Below are positions 9,178 to 20,364 of a DNA stretch of 55,054 bases, one piece after another. This DNA comes from Lacinutrix sp. (GTDB lineage: Bacteria; Bacteroidota; Bacteroidia; Flavobacteriales; Flavobacteriaceae), in the NCBI RefSeq assembly GCF_023299985.1, contig NZ_JALZVX010000004.1, positions 1 to 55,054 on the forward strand, read 5' to 3'. Positions within the stretch are counted from its first letter, which is position 1. Every line of letters starts with the position of its first letter. Both the position numbers and the translations under genes were made by a program. The notes beneath the pieces were generated by a model. It saw nothing but the letters and a program-made list of their open reading frames with translations, had not been told where the DNA came from and did no database searches.

Positions 9178-11616
9178 TTAAGATTTTCTTTTAAAAACCT
9201 TTTTTATATCGTTGTAATCTAAAAAGTAAACCATTTTAAGCGAAAAAGTATTGCCATTTGGCTGTTCTAATAAATCGCTAATGCTACTTCCAAAAGTTTG
9301 TTTACCATCATTATTAATGTTGAAAATACGATTACGATATTGTGCTGTTAAAAAACTTCCAGGTCCAAACTGCCATGAGTAAGTTAGGTTTAAATTCCAT
9401 GTGCTAAAATTTACATCTGGATCGTCGATATCATCTTTTGTATAATTGTTGTCTCTATTTAATCTTCCGTTTTCGCTTAAAGCATAAATATCATTCTCAT
9501 ATTGTACAGCACTCCAAAAGTTTCTAAAACTTAAGGTTAAACTATTTAATGCGTTAAAATTATAACTTCCAGAGATACTATTTGTTATAGTAACTTGGTC
9601 GCGTTGTCCATAAATAATATCATCTCCAATAAAGTCTATCCAACCACGTTCGCGAAGTTCTTGATCCCAATTAAAAGAATAAATAACAATAAAATTTTCG
9701 TTAAACTTCACTCTTGGTTCTATACTAAAAAACACATTTTCGTAAGATCTTTCGTCTTCAAATAGTGTTTCGTATCCAAGGTTTACATCTATGGCATATT
9801 TTTTATTATAATTTGTAGAAATAAAAGCACTGGTATTTAACCAATCTTCGGTAATAAAAAAACGATTATCCACACGAGGTCCAAAATAATCAAACTGTTT
9901 TCCTGGTTGTATATTAAAATTACCACCATAAGCCATTAAGCTCTTTTTTCCAACAGCAAAAATACTGCCTCCAAAATTATAACCTGTAAACGTTCCGGGT
10001 TGGTATAAACTGTTATAATTGGTCCAAGCGCTAATGCTAAAGTTGTTTAACGTCTCGGTTGGTTCAAAAATTTGATAAGAAAAATTAGCGCCTACATTAC
10101 TATAGTTATTTCTAAAAATGAGTCCTATATCGTTAATATCGTAATCTTTATCAGCCAATTCATGATAAGCGCTCCATCTATATTTACCACTATTTTTACC
10201 TAAACTTAGACTTGTACTAATACCTGTTTGCGTACCATTTTCAAGATTTATATTACTCATTTTAACATCTGCAGTTGCACCATAGGTGTTTTTTTTGTTT
10301 TTTAAATCGAAAAGTAAACCAGTAACATTAGCATCTCTAAAACCAGAACCATTACGTGTTACATTAGTGTTAATTAAAGTTACAGACGAATTTTTATTAA
10401 ACTGTTGGTCTACTACCATAATATTATAATTGGTTAAAGGTTCTACTGTTTCACTACGTTTTTCACCTGTAACTGTATCTATAATATCTACATTTGTTTT
10501 TTCGGTAACGGCATTAAAAAAACCAACACCTAATCCATTTTTTGTTCTTCCTGAAACTTTTATAGCATTTAATAAAGATGTTTTATCAGGAAAATCACCA
10601 TCTATAATTTCGTTTTCATTTAAATTAGGGCTTCCTACAGGAGCACTACCAATACGCCTAGAGAAGAATAAATTTCCTTTTCTAAATAAATCGACACCTT
10701 CTGTAAAAAACTGTCTTTGCTCCGAAAAAGTCTGCTCAAATGGTCCTAGGTTAAGCTGTACATCATCAAAGCCAACTTGGCTAAAATCTGGAATAAGTGT
10801 AGCATCGAGTGTAAAATTTTCTGTAATACCATATTTAATATCTAATCCTGCATTAAAATTGCTAATGGTTTCGCCATCAAAATTATCGACTATAGCAGAA
10901 GCGAATGGATAAAAACTTAGTCGTGTAAGTGGTTCTAAACTGGTAAGCCCTTTTAATTCACCATTAAAAAAACCAATTGGTGCTCCACTAGTAATATCTA
11001 CAGCGTTCCAGGTATTTTGCTCGCGAGTGTTTCTATAATGTCTATGAAATTGAATGCCCCAAGTTGGGTTTTCTTGTTGTGTAAAACGTAATGCTCTGTA
11101 TGGAATTTTCATTTCTACAATCCAACCATCTTCAACAGTTGTAGTTGCACTTTCCCAAACAGCATTCCATCCAAAATCCTCTCCGTTCCCTGGGCTTTCT
11201 GTAGCGTCTGCTTGTGTGCCAGAACTAAACACAAAGAATTCGGTATTATTTTGTGCATCATTATTTGGGTTAAAAATAACACCAAAAAAATCTGACTGTC
11301 CAAAATCATCACGCTGCGTAAATTGCTTCATCATGTCATTAGGATCATCGTATAAATAAGCAGCAATATAAATACCAGAATCGTCATAAGTCATTTTTAC
11401 TTCTGTACGTTTATTTTCTGGCATTGTTTTACCAACTGTTGGTCTAAACTGAACAAAATCTGTAGCAATTTCCGCAGTATTCCATACAGCATCATCTAAA
11501 ACACCATCAATTTTAGGTGCTTTTTCTGTACGTGCAATAGTATATGCTTTTTTGTCTTGCGCAGTAACTTGAAAAAGAGTTAGAAATGTTAGTGCTGTTA
11601 CTAAAAAAAGTTTCAT
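9178..11616 (-). CDS. DUF5916 outer-membrane beta-barrel protein with N-terminal CBM9-like domain
   Basis: Signal peptide MKLFLVTALTFLTLFQVTAQ (start moved to 11616); PKIDGVLDDAVW, GWIVEMKIPY, PDFSQV, EQRQFFTEG. Confidence 0.85.
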   Translation of the reverse strand: MKLFLVTALTFLTLFQVTAQDKKAYTIARTEKAPKIDGVLDDAVWNTAEIATDFVQFRPTVGKTMPENKRTEVKMTYDDSGIYIAAYLYDDPNDMMKQFTQRDDFGQSDFFGVIFNPNNDAQNNTEFFVFSSGTQADATESPGNGEDFGWNAVWESATTTVEDGWIVEMKIPYRALRFTQQENPTWGIQFHRHYRNTREQNTWNAVDITSGAPIGFFNGELKGLTSLEPLTRLSFYPFASAIVDNFDGETISNFNAGLDIKYGITENFTLDATLIPDFSQVGFDDVQLNLGPFEQTFSEQRQFFTEGVDLFRKGNLFFSRRIGSAPVGSPNLNENEIIDGDFPDKTSLLNAIKVSGRTKNGLGVGFFNAVTEKTNVDIIDTVTGEKRSETVEPLTNYNIMVVDQQFNKNSSVTLINTNVTRNGSGFRDANVTGLLFDLKNKKNTYGATADVKMSNINLENGTQTGISTSLSLGKNSGKYRWSAYHELADKDYDINDIGLIFRNNYSNVGANFSYQIFEPTETLNNFSISAWTNYNSLYQPGTFTGYNFGGSIFAVGKKSLMAYGGNFNIQPGKQFDYFGPRVDNRFFITEDWLNTSAFISTNYNKKYAIDVNLGYETLFEDERSYENVFFSIEPRVKFNENFIVIYSFNWDQELRERGWIDFIGDDIIYGQRDQVTITNSISGSYNFNALNSLTLSFRNFWSAVQYENDIYALSENGRLNRDNNYTKDDIDDPDVNFSTWNLNLTYSWQFGPGSFLTAQYRNRIFNINNDGKQTFGSSISDLLEQPNGNTFSLKMVYFLDYNDIKKVFKRKS

Positions 11617-11649
11617 TCGATTTTGGTTAGTTGATTTTTGATAGTATAA

Positions 11650-11680
11650 AGACTTCAATAGTTTTATTCTGTTACAGTTT
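11650..11680 (-). promoter_or_regulatory. Putative ECF-type promoter (TGTAAC-N18-TCT) for the DUF5916 gene
   Basis: Minus strand AAACTGTAACAgaataaaactattgaagTCT; same motif and spacing as upstream of the ECF sigma gene. Confidence 0.55.
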
Positions 11681-11792
11681 TGATGGCAAAACTAATTTTA
11701 CAAGCGCCTTTTTGTCTTAATTAAAAGTTAAAAAAATAAGCTTGAGTAAGGTATTGCTTATTAAATGTACTTTTTTTAAGTAAATTTATAAA

Positions 11793-12335
11793 ATGATAAA
11801 CAAAAATTTAGAAATAGCAACATTTGCAAATGGTTGCTTTTGGTGTACTGAAGCTGTATTTAATAGAGTGGAAGGTGTCGAAAATGTGGTTTCTGGTTTT
11901 ACTGGTGGAAACATTAAAAATCCTGCTTATCGCGAAATTACTACAGGCAGAACAGGACATGCAGAAGGTATTCAAATTTCTTATAATGCTGCATTAATTA
12001 GTTATATTGAATTGCTAGAAATCTTTTTTGCAACACACGACCCAACAACATTAAACAGACAAGGTCATGATGTTGGAACACAGTATCGTTCTGCTATTTT
12101 TTATAATTCTAATACTCAAAAAGACCAAGCTGAAGCTTTTATAAAACATTTAGATTCCGAGAAGGCTTTTAATGCTAAAATTGTAACAGAAGTTACTGCA
12201 TTAGATGTATTTTACAATGCAGAAGCAGACCATGATAAATATTACGAACGCAATTCGGAAAATTCGTATTGCCAATTCGTTATTCATCCAAAGCTAAAAA
12301 AATTAAATACCTATTTTAACGATAAATTAAAATAA
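11793..12335 (+). CDS. msrA: Peptide-methionine (S)-S-oxide reductase
   Basis: [31 protein letters not shown]. Confidence 0.95.
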   Translation: MINKNLEIATFANGCFWCTEAVFNRVEGVENVVSGFTGGNIKNPAYREITTGRTGHAEGIQISYNAALISYIELLEIFFATHDPTTLNRQGHDVGTQYRSAIFYNSNTQKDQAEAFIKHLDSEKAFNAKIVTEVTALDVFYNAEADHDKYYERNSENSYCQFVIHPKLKKLNTYFNDKLK

Positions 12336-12351
12336 TAAAAGCACAACAAAA

Positions 12352-12948
12352 ATGCCATATAAAAAATTTGAAGAGTATAATATAAAAGTAACAGACGATG
12401 TTAAAGACCGTTATAAAAGCATCATTGAAGATTTAGGTGAAGACACAAAACGCGACGGATTAATTAAAACTCCAGAACGCGCAGCTAAAGCCATGCAGTT
12501 TTTAACACAAGGTTACGAGCAAGATGCAGCCGAAATTTTAAAAGGTGCCATGTTTAAAGAAGAATATAATGATATGGTTATAGTTAAAGATATCGAATTG
12601 TATTCTCTTTGCGAACACCATATTTTACCGTTTTTTGGTAAAGCACATATAGCTTACATACCAAACGGACACATTGTAGGTTTAAGTAAACTACCAAGAA
12701 TTGTAGATGTTTTTGCTAGACGTTTACAAGTTCAAGAACGTTTAACACACCAGATATTAGACTGTATAAACGATACCTTAAAACCAGAAGGTGTTGCAGT
12801 TGTTATAGAAGCATCGCACATGTGTATGATGATGCGTGGTGTTCAAAAACAAAACTCTACTACCACTACGTCTGGATTTAGAGGTGCTTTTGAAAACATT
12901 GAAACACGTACAGAATTTTTAAAATTAATTAGTTCTAAATTGAGTTAG
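12352..12948 (+). CDS. folE: GTP cyclohydrolase I
   Basis: [41 protein letters not shown]. Confidence 0.97.
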   Translation: MPYKKFEEYNIKVTDDVKDRYKSIIEDLGEDTKRDGLIKTPERAAKAMQFLTQGYEQDAAEILKGAMFKEEYNDMVIVKDIELYSLCEHHILPFFGKAHIAYIPNGHIVGLSKLPRIVDVFARRLQVQERLTHQILDCINDTLKPEGVAVVIEASHMCMMMRGVQKQNSTTTTSGFRGAFENIETRTEFLKLISSKLS

Positions 12949-13120
12949 TAATTTTAAAATAATTTATAATTGCATTATTTTGATTGTTATTGTAACAAAT
13001 TGTGTAAAATGCTTACCTATAGTTAAATAGTTTTTTATTACTTTTTTTAGTTTGAAATAGTTTAAACTAAAAAGTGGAACACTATTTGCTCTATTATAAG
13101 TATTAACACAATTAAACAAA

Positions 13121-13429
13121 ATGAATTTAGAAAACACAAACAAGTACAAAATATTAGCAGCAAGTATCATTTTTGATGCCGTAGGTTACGCTAGTTTTAT
13201 AATTCCAGGAATAGGAGAACTAATTGATGTGGTTTGGGCTCCAGCTTCAGCTTTTTTAATGACTAAGCTTTACAAAGGTAATGCAGGAAAAGTTGGTGCA
13301 GCAGTTTCTTTTATAGAAGAAGTAATGCCAGGACTAGACGTTATACCAACATTTACATTAATGTGGTTATATACTTATGTATTTAAAACACAAACTGAAC
13401 CTGAAGAAACTATTATTGATGTGAGTTAA
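13121..13429 (+). CDS. Small hypothetical membrane protein
   Basis: Hydrophobic ORF with IPGIGELIDVVWAP...EE.MPGLDVIPTFT; followed by a terminator. Confidence 0.75.
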   Translation: MNLENTNKYKILAASIIFDAVGYASFIIPGIGELIDVVWAPASAFLMTKLYKGNAGKVGAAVSFIEEVMPGLDVIPTFTLMWLYTYVFKTQTEPEETIIDVS

Positions 13430-13459
13430 ATGTTACATTATATTTTAGAAAAAATAATG

Positions 13460-13484
13460 AAGCACTCTTTGGAGTGCTTTTTTT
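13460..13484 (+). terminator. Intrinsic terminator
   Basis: AAGCACTC-tttg-GAGTGCTT followed by a T tract. Confidence 0.75.
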
Positions 13485-13503
13485 GTTTTTGGAACTAATA
13501 ATA

Positions 13504-15966
13504 TTAAAACTTCATACTAGTCCTAACATTAAACACTCTTGGTGTTAAAAAATTTGGGATAGCAAATTGTCTTTTACTATTTACATCGCGCACCCAAGTA
13601 TTAGTAATTGAATTTTGCACATCGAAGACATTAAATATTTCAAAACCAAAAGAAAGGTCTTTAAATGGTTTTTTCCAGCCACTTTCAAATTGTTTTTTTG
13701 CATCTACAATTACAAATCTAAAACCTATATCTGCACGATTATAATCTGGTAACCTGCTTTGAAACTGGTATCTATCTGCATTACTTGGAGAGCCTCCCGG
13801 TAAACCTGTATTATAAACTAAGTTTAAGTACATTTTAAAGTTTGGTAGGTTTGGTACATAATCTTGAAAAAGTGCCGCAAATTTTAAACGTTGGTCTGTT
13901 GGTCTTGCAATATAACCTCTATTATCAATATTTTCTTCGGTTTTAAGATAACCAAAGCTAAACCAACTTTCTGTTCCAGGAACAAATTCACCATTTAATC
14001 GCATATCTAATCCATAAGCATAAGCTGTTGCATTATTATCTGCAGCATAGCGAATACGAACGTTTTCTACTGTGTATGGATTAACATCTGTAAGGTTTTT
14101 ATAATATATTTCTGTTGTTAGTTTAAAAGGTCTGTTTCGCATTTTAAAGCTATAATCATTACCAATTACTAGGTGTACAGATTTTTGTGCCTTAACATTA
14201 GGTTGTACTATTCCACTAGCATCTCGTAACTCCCTATAAAATGGTGGTTGATAATATAAACCTCCACTAACGCGAAATAACATATCTTTTTCCCAATTTG
14301 GTTTAATTGCAAATTGTCCTCTTGGGCTAAATACTATTTGGTTGTCTCCTGTTACGTTAGCATCTTTTACTTGCCAATTATGTGCACGAATTCCTGCATT
14401 ATACCAAACATCTGCATCGCCTAGAGTAGTACGTTTGCTCCATTGTAAATACGCTTGAATTCTATTTATTTGTGTACTGTTTCTTGCTTGAACATTTTGA
14501 AAAGCTGTAATAGGAAACGTATCTGGTTCGTAAGGTTCTTGATTAGCACTTCCAGAATTTGATGGGTTTATAGAAAATCCGGCAGAGTCTATAATTTCCC
14601 ATTCTATTAAACGATCACGAATATCTTCGTTTGTATATTTTATAGACCATTTAATTTCGTTGTCTTCAATATCTGCTGTTCCTTTATGTTCTATTGTTGT
14701 AATTAATGCATCTAAATCGTTACGACCATGATTTAACTGTCCACCAATACCTTCAGAAAATTCTACTTCTCCTAAATCCTCATCTCCAATATTACTATTT
14801 ACTTCACCTAAACGGTATTGCGCTAAAATATCGAAATGTTCTTCTTCTTTAGTATGGTAAGTTGAAGCTACTAAGCCTAATGTTACATTATCGTTTACTT
14901 CGTAACTAGCCTGTAAAGCACCAAAAAGTGTTTCGTAGCTATCACGTTCTTCTCCTTCATAAAAAATTAAAAGTGCCATTGGGTTATCTAAAGTCCCAAA
15001 ATTAGTTTGCCTAGTCTCTGGCTCGTAATTGTATCTATTAAGTGAAGCGTTTCCAAGGAAACTTAGTTCAAATTTATCTGTAAACCTATAGGTTAAAAAC
15101 GTTTGCACATCTGCAAAAGTAGGATCGTAGTTTGTTTGTGTTTCTTTTGCGCTAACTAATAATGTATTATCACGATAGCGTAAACCAGTTATACTTGTGA
15201 ATTTAGAATCTTTACTAGCACTTTCTATAGCAACACTTCCACCAAGTAAACTTAGGTCTGCAGCAACAGCAAAGTCTTTAGGACGTTTGTAAGTAATGTC
15301 TAAAACCGAAGATAATTTATCTCCATATTTTGCTTGAAAACCTCCAGCAGAAAAGTCGACATTTTGTACCATGTCGCTGTTTATAAAACTTAAACCTTCT
15401 TGTTGTCCAGAGCGTACAAGAAACGGTCTGTAAACTTCTATACCATTTACATAGACTAGGTTTTCATCAAAATTTCCACCACGAACAGAATATTGTGTAC
15501 TTAATTCGTTGTTACCACTAACACCTGGTAGTGTTTTTAATAAATTTTCGACACCAGCTTGAGCGCCTGGGATTTTAATTAATGCTTCTGGATCTATGTT
15601 AATAATACCTTGGACGTCTTTACGTTTTCTGCCATTAAGTATAATGGTTTCAATTTGATCTACATCTGTTTTTAAAATAGGATTAAACTCGAAAACTTCA
15701 CCATTTTTTAAGTTTACAGTTACGGTTACATTTTTGTGCGATACGTGAGAATATACTATTGTAACATCTGTATTTGCTGCAATGGTAAGTTTGTAAAAAC
15801 CAGTATCGTTTGTAGAGACACCTGTAGTTTCTGTTTTAACATTTACAGCTTGAAGTGGAAAATTGCCTTGATCTAAAATAACTCCATTTACAGTTGCTGT
15901 TTGCGCTATTGCGAAGAGTGGAAGTAGTAAGGTTAATAGTTTTAGAACGTTTGTTTTTATAGTCAA
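13504..15966 (-). CDS. TonB-dependent receptor-like outer-membrane protein with CarboxypepD_reg-like N-terminus
   Basis: Signal peptide, plug motif YSVRGGNFDENLVYVNG, FQAKYGDKLSSVLDI, terminal Phe. Confidence 0.85.
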   Translation of the reverse strand: MTIKTNVLKLLTLLLPLFAIAQTATVNGVILDQGNFPLQAVNVKTETTGVSTNDTGFYKLTIAANTDVTIVYSHVSHKNVTVTVNLKNGEVFEFNPILKTDVDQIETIILNGRKRKDVQGIINIDPEALIKIPGAQAGVENLLKTLPGVSGNNELSTQYSVRGGNFDENLVYVNGIEVYRPFLVRSGQQEGLSFINSDMVQNVDFSAGGFQAKYGDKLSSVLDITYKRPKDFAVAADLSLLGGSVAIESASKDSKFTSITGLRYRDNTLLVSAKETQTNYDPTFADVQTFLTYRFTDKFELSFLGNASLNRYNYEPETRQTNFGTLDNPMALLIFYEGEERDSYETLFGALQASYEVNDNVTLGLVASTYHTKEEEHFDILAQYRLGEVNSNIGDEDLGEVEFSEGIGGQLNHGRNDLDALITTIEHKGTADIEDNEIKWSIKYTNEDIRDRLIEWEIIDSAGFSINPSNSGSANQEPYEPDTFPITAFQNVQARNSTQINRIQAYLQWSKRTTLGDADVWYNAGIRAHNWQVKDANVTGDNQIVFSPRGQFAIKPNWEKDMLFRVSGGLYYQPPFYRELRDASGIVQPNVKAQKSVHLVIGNDYSFKMRNRPFKLTTEIYYKNLTDVNPYTVENVRIRYAADNNATAYAYGLDMRLNGEFVPGTESWFSFGYLKTEENIDNRGYIARPTDQRLKFAALFQDYVPNLPNFKMYLNLVYNTGLPGGSPSNADRYQFQSRLPDYNRADIGFRFVIVDAKKQFESGWKKPFKDLSFGFEIFNVFDVQNSITNTWVRDVNSKRQFAIPNFLTPRVFNVRTSMKF

Positions 15967-15983
15967 GGTATTTGTTTTGTTTT

Positions 15984-17669
15984 TTATTTCCTAAAAAAAG
16001 TAGTTTCAAATGTAGTATTATTTCCCACATTATCTGTAACTATTACTTTTAATTTATTTTTGGTTTCAGTAACAACAGCGTCGTTAAAATCGTATGTTAA
16101 TGTTTTATTTTTATAATTATATTCCATTAATATCCATTTTCCGTTTATGGTAGCTCTGTAATTTGAGATACCTGTACCTTTATCGTTAATTTTAACTTTT
16201 AAGTAACGGTATTTACTTAACCAACTTTCTTCTTTAAAATTTACAGCATTTATAGTTGGTGCAATTGTATCTCTAGCTAGAACGTAAGTTCCTAAATTTT
16301 TAGTATAAGTACTTAAAGTATTTCCTTTTCTTTTTGTAGTTGAGTAGCTTGGCCAATTATTCCAACCTATTAATTCTGCTATGTACAATTGCTTTAAGTC
16401 TTCTTCTTTATAATTACTGATATCGTAAGAGATTGTAAAGCTTTTTTTAACAGCAAGTGTAGGTTTATGTAATGTTAATGTATCGTTTTTAACATTGAAA
16501 TAAATAAAAAAACTATCGTAAAAAGTATCTTTATAAAAACTAACTTTAACATTGTCTTGTTCTAATTCTGCTTCTAAATCGTGTTGTATGTAATGCTTTG
16601 ATTTCACTTCTTTTTCAACATCGTTAGGTAATTTATCATCGCCTTTAATAGTAATGTCTAAATTAGTTTCGTTGCCTTTAAAATCGCTTATTTTTGCTTT
16701 GAAGACTGAAGCTGTACTGTCGTAAATAGTAATGTAACCGTCATTAATTACATTATTATACATGCTTAACGTATTGTTTTGTTCAACAAATAATTTTTGA
16801 AGACGCTCTTTGTTTTCCTTAAAATGAGAATAATCTATTAATCTATTAAGATGTTTTGTTTCTGAAAATGAAAAACGCTTAAAGTCTATTTCAAAATTTT
16901 TAGCACCATTATAATACGTTGAAATATTATAAACGCCATTTTTATTAGCAGCAAGATCCTGTCTATCTACTGTGTTAATAGCAAATCCAATGGTACCAAA
17001 CGCTTTTAAATCTGCAATTTTATAGTCTCCATTTTTTTGCGGAATTACACGAATTTTTTGTCTTTTATTAGAACCATTAATATGAGAATTAGCTCCAATA
17101 GGATAGGCGTAAAGATTAGAAATAATAGGTTTAGTAGTGTCTTTAACATCCACACCAAAAAGCATTGGGTTAATTGGTCTTTCTTGATTATCACGAATTT
17201 CGAAATGTAAATGAGGACCGGAAGAACTACCAGTATTTCCAGAAAAAGCAATAATTTCTCCTTTTGTAATTTTTAATTCTGCTACTGTTGGAAAAACTTC
17301 AATTTCAAAAGATTCCTTTTCATATTGTTTAGTTTTAATATACGCTTCAATTCTTGGACTAAATTTTTGTATGTGTGCATAAACACTTGTATAGCCATTA
17401 GGATGTGTAACATATAATGCTTTACCATAACCAAAATGAGCAATTTTTATTCTACTAATATAACCATCTGCAATACCATAAACTTTTAAACCTTCAATTT
17501 GCTTCGTTTTTATATCTAATCCAGAATGAAAGTGGTTAGAGCGTAACTCTGCAAATGTTCCAGCTAAAACAATGTTTATATCTAAAGGCGACCTAAAATA
17601 GTCTTGAGGATATTCGCTTTGCGAAAAAACAGAATAACTAATTAAAAATAATAAAAGGAATTTACGCAT
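15984..17669 (-). CDS. M23 family metallopeptidase
   Basis: HFHSGLD, YAHI, GNTGSSSGPHLHFEIR. Confidence 0.92.
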   Translation of the reverse strand: MRKFLLLFLISYSVFSQSEYPQDYFRSPLDINIVLAGTFAELRSNHFHSGLDIKTKQIEGLKVYGIADGYISRIKIAHFGYGKALYVTHPNGYTSVYAHIQKFSPRIEAYIKTKQYEKESFEIEVFPTVAELKITKGEIIAFSGNTGSSSGPHLHFEIRDNQERPINPMLFGVDVKDTTKPIISNLYAYPIGANSHINGSNKRQKIRVIPQKNGDYKIADLKAFGTIGFAINTVDRQDLAANKNGVYNISTYYNGAKNFEIDFKRFSFSETKHLNRLIDYSHFKENKERLQKLFVEQNNTLSMYNNVINDGYITIYDSTASVFKAKISDFKGNETNLDITIKGDDKLPNDVEKEVKSKHYIQHDLEAELEQDNVKVSFYKDTFYDSFFIYFNVKNDTLTLHKPTLAVKKSFTISYDISNYKEEDLKQLYIAELIGWNNWPSYSTTKRKGNTLSTYTKNLGTYVLARDTIAPTINAVNFKEESWLSKYRYLKVKINDKGTGISNYRATINGKWILMEYNYKNKTLTYDFNDAVVTETKNKLKVIVTDNVGNNTTFETTFFRK

Positions 17670-17852
17670 AAAATTTTATACCAATTTAATACTATAACAT
17701 TTTAGCTAATGTAGTTATAGATTCTAAAATATACAATTGATTATTAATATTAAAAATATAATCAAAGACTAAGCCATAGTATTGGTTTTTTGGAGATTAA
17801 ATTTTAATTAGCAGTTTTACGCTTTTTTTATTTAAAATTTATGAAAAAACAA

Positions 17853-17883
17853 TTGTTAAATAGGTTGTGTTCTGTTAACTTTG
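17853..17883 (+). promoter_or_regulatory. Bacteroidota sigma-70 promoter of the zapB-like/zapA/6S/rny cluster
   Basis: TTG(17853)-N20-TAACTTTG(17876-17883). Confidence 0.65.
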
Positions 17884-17907
17884 TAAGATAAGTATTGATA
17901 TTTGTAA

Positions 17908-18198
17908 ATGAGTAATATAGAGGATATTGTAGTTGCTTTAGAGAAAAAAATAAGCAAAGTCTTGCAAAACCAAAGTGTTTTAAAGGAAACTAATTTAAAA
18001 TTGTCTCTAGAAAAAGTACAATATTACAGTACATTAGAAAATCAAGCACTAGAAATTGAAGCTTGGAAGGATAAGTATAACACACTCAAAATGGCTAATA
18101 CAATACTTGGCAGTAATGAAGATAAACGAGAAACAAAACTCAAAATAAACGCATTAATACGAGAAATAGATCATTGTATTGGTCAACTCTCTGAATAA
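17908..18198 (+). CDS. Coiled-coil protein upstream of zapA (ZapB-like)
   Basis: Heptad coiled coil; C-terminal TKLKINALIREIDHCI; position before zapA. Confidence 0.75.
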   Translation: MSNIEDIVVALEKKISKVLQNQSVLKETNLKLSLEKVQYYSTLENQALEIEAWKDKYNTLKMANTILGSNEDKRETKLKINALIREIDHCIGQLSE

Positions 18199-18214
18199 TG
18201 TAACATAGCAACTT

Positions 18215-18508
18215 ATGGCAGAAATGCTTAAAATTAAGCTTTCGATAGCAAACAGAGTATATCCTTTAACAATTCCACCAAGTCAGGAAGAAGGATTGCG
18301 AAAGGCAGCTAAAAAAATAGAAGCTATGATAAAACAATTTGAGCAAAGTTATTCTGTTAGAGATAAACAAGATGTTTTGGCAATGTGTGCTTTACAATTT
18401 GCTTCTCAAGTAGAGCAGAAGACTTTAGATAAAGAACATGTAAACGAGCACGTAGATGAAAAGTTAAACGCTTTAAATCGAATGTTAGATTTGCACTTAA
18501 GTTCTTAA
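18215..18508 (+). CDS. zapA: Cell division protein ZapA
   Basis: IANRVYPL...EEGLRKAAK...DKQDVLAMCALQ. Confidence 0.9.
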   Translation: MAEMLKIKLSIANRVYPLTIPPSQEEGLRKAAKKIEAMIKQFEQSYSVRDKQDVLAMCALQFASQVEQKTLDKEHVNEHVDEKLNALNRMLDLHLSS

Positions 18509-18536
18509 ATGTTCTTATAAATAAAATTAGGTTACT

Positions 18537-18708
18537 GCCTACATTAATTATTTTTTTGATAAACTCAACAGTTAATTCTTTAAAAAGGGTGAGTTGAAGT
18601 TGTAAAAGCGTGCTGCTAATAGTTTACTATTTGGGCAGATACTTGATCAGCTTGTTAACCCTAAACGTGTTTTTAAGGAGTTTATACAAAACCAAAATTA
18701 GTGTAGGT
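18537..18708 (+). ncRNA. ssrS: 6S RNA (6S-Flavo type)
   Basis: Long rod: GCCTACATTAATT(18537-49)/AATTAGTGTAGGT(18696-708), ATAAACTC/GAGTTTAT, AGGGT/ACCCT with a central bubble; zapA-6S-rny gene order. Confidence 0.85.
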
Positions 18709-18734
18709 TTTTTTATACAATTAAACTAACTAAA

Positions 18735-20309
18735 ATGGATAATACAATTATATTTGGTATTGCAGGTGTAGCTATAGGAGCAATTTTTGGCTTTGTTATA
18801 GCTAAAATGATGGAGAAGAGTAATGCATCAAAACTTATTAAAAACGCTAAAAAATCGGCCTCTAATATTCTTAGAGATGCTAAAAGTGAAGGTGAAAGCA
18901 TTAAAAAGGATAAAATGCTTCAAGCCAAAGAAAAATTTATTGAGCTTAAGTCTGAACATGAAAAAGTAATTTCTAGTCGAGAAAGAAAAATGTCTGAGGC
19001 TGAAAAACGAACTAGAGACAAAGAATCTCAAATTTCTAGTGAACTTGCAAAATCTAAAAAGTTAAGTTCTCAGGCTGATGCTAAGCAAAAAGATTACAAC
19101 CATCGTACAGATATTCTTGAGAAAAAACAACAAGAAGTAGATAAACTTCACAAAAGCCAAATACAACAATTAGAAGTTATATCTAGCTTATCTGCAGAAG
19201 ATGCTAAGTCTCAATTAGTAGAATCGCTTAAAGGTGAAGCTAAAACTGAAGCCAATGCTTACATTCAAGGTAAGATGGAAGAAGCGAAAATGACTGCACA
19301 ACAAGACGCTAAAAAAATTATTATAAATACTATACAACGTATTGGTACTGAAGAAGCTGTAGATAATTGTGTATCTGTATTCAATATTGAAAACGACGAT
19401 GTTAAAGGCCGTATTATTGGTAGAGAAGGTAGAAATATTAGAGCTATAGAAGCTGCAACAGGTGTAGAGATTATTGTAGATGATACTCCTGAAGCTATTA
19501 TTTTATCTTGTTTTGATTCTGTAAGACGTGAAATTGCACGTTTATCTTTACACAAGTTAGTTACAGATGGTAGAATACATCCTGCTAGAATTGAAGAGGT
19601 TGTTAAAAAGACACAAAAACAAATTGAGCAAGAAATTATAGAAGTTGGTAAGCGTACAGTTATAGATTTAGGTATCCATGGATTAAATCCAGAATTAATA
19701 AAAATGGTAGGTCGTATGAAATACCGTTCGTCTTACGGTCAAAACTTATTACAGCATTCACGTGAAGTTGCAAAGCTATGTGGAGTAATGGCTGCAGAGT
19801 TAGGTTTAAATCCAAAATTAGCCAAGAGAGCAGGTTTATTACATGATATAGGTAAAGTGCCAGATGCAGAAGCAGATATGGAAACACCTCACGCTATATT
19901 AGGTATGCAATGGGCAGAAAAATTTGGTGAAAAACCTGAAGTTTGTAATGCTATTGGTGCGCACCACGATGAAATAGAAATGACATCTTTACTGTCTCCA
20001 ATTATTCAAGTATGTGATGCTATTTCTGGCGCAAGACCAGGTGCAAGACGTCAAGTTTTAGATAGTTATATACAACGTTTAAAAGATTTAGAAGAAATAG
20101 CATTTGGCTTTCAAGGTGTAAAGAAAGCTTATGCAATTCAAGCAGGAAGAGAACTTCGTGTAATTGTAGAAAGTGAAAGAGTTAACGATCAAAACGCAGC
20201 AGACTTATCATTTAGTATCTCACAGAAGATTCAAACAGATATGACGTATCCAGGACAAGTTAAGGTTACAGTTATTAGGGAAACTAGAGCAGTAAATATT
20301 GCAAAATAG
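18735..20309 (+). CDS. rny: Ribonuclease Y
   Basis: N-terminal TM, coiled coil, KH ([13 protein letters not shown]), HD (LLHDIGK), ARPGAR. Confidence 0.97.
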   Translation: MDNTIIFGIAGVAIGAIFGFVIAKMMEKSNASKLIKNAKKSASNILRDAKSEGESIKKDKMLQAKEKFIELKSEHEKVISSRERKMSEAEKRTRDKESQISSELAKSKKLSSQADAKQKDYNHRTDILEKKQQEVDKLHKSQIQQLEVISSLSAEDAKSQLVESLKGEAKTEANAYIQGKMEEAKMTAQQDAKKIIINTIQRIGTEEAVDNCVSVFNIENDDVKGRIIGREGRNIRAIEAATGVEIIVDDTPEAIILSCFDSVRREIARLSLHKLVTDGRIHPARIEEVVKKTQKQIEQEIIEVGKRTVIDLGIHGLNPELIKMVGRMKYRSSYGQNLLQHSREVAKLCGVMAAELGLNPKLAKRAGLLHDIGKVPDAEADMETPHAILGMQWAEKFGEKPEVCNAIGAHHDEIEMTSLLSPIIQVCDAISGARPGARRQVLDSYIQRLKDLEEIAFGFQGVKKAYAIQAGRELRVIVESERVNDQNAADLSFSISQKIQTDMTYPGQVKVTVIRETRAVNIAK

Positions 20310-20332
20310 AATCTAAAGTTTATATAATAATT

Positions 20333-20364
20333 AAGTCCAATTAGATCTACTAATTGGACTTTTT
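20333..20364 (+). terminator. rny terminator, overlapping the stop of the convergent kinase gene
   Basis: AAGTCCAATTAG-atcta-CTAATTGGACTT followed by T's. Confidence 0.75.
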
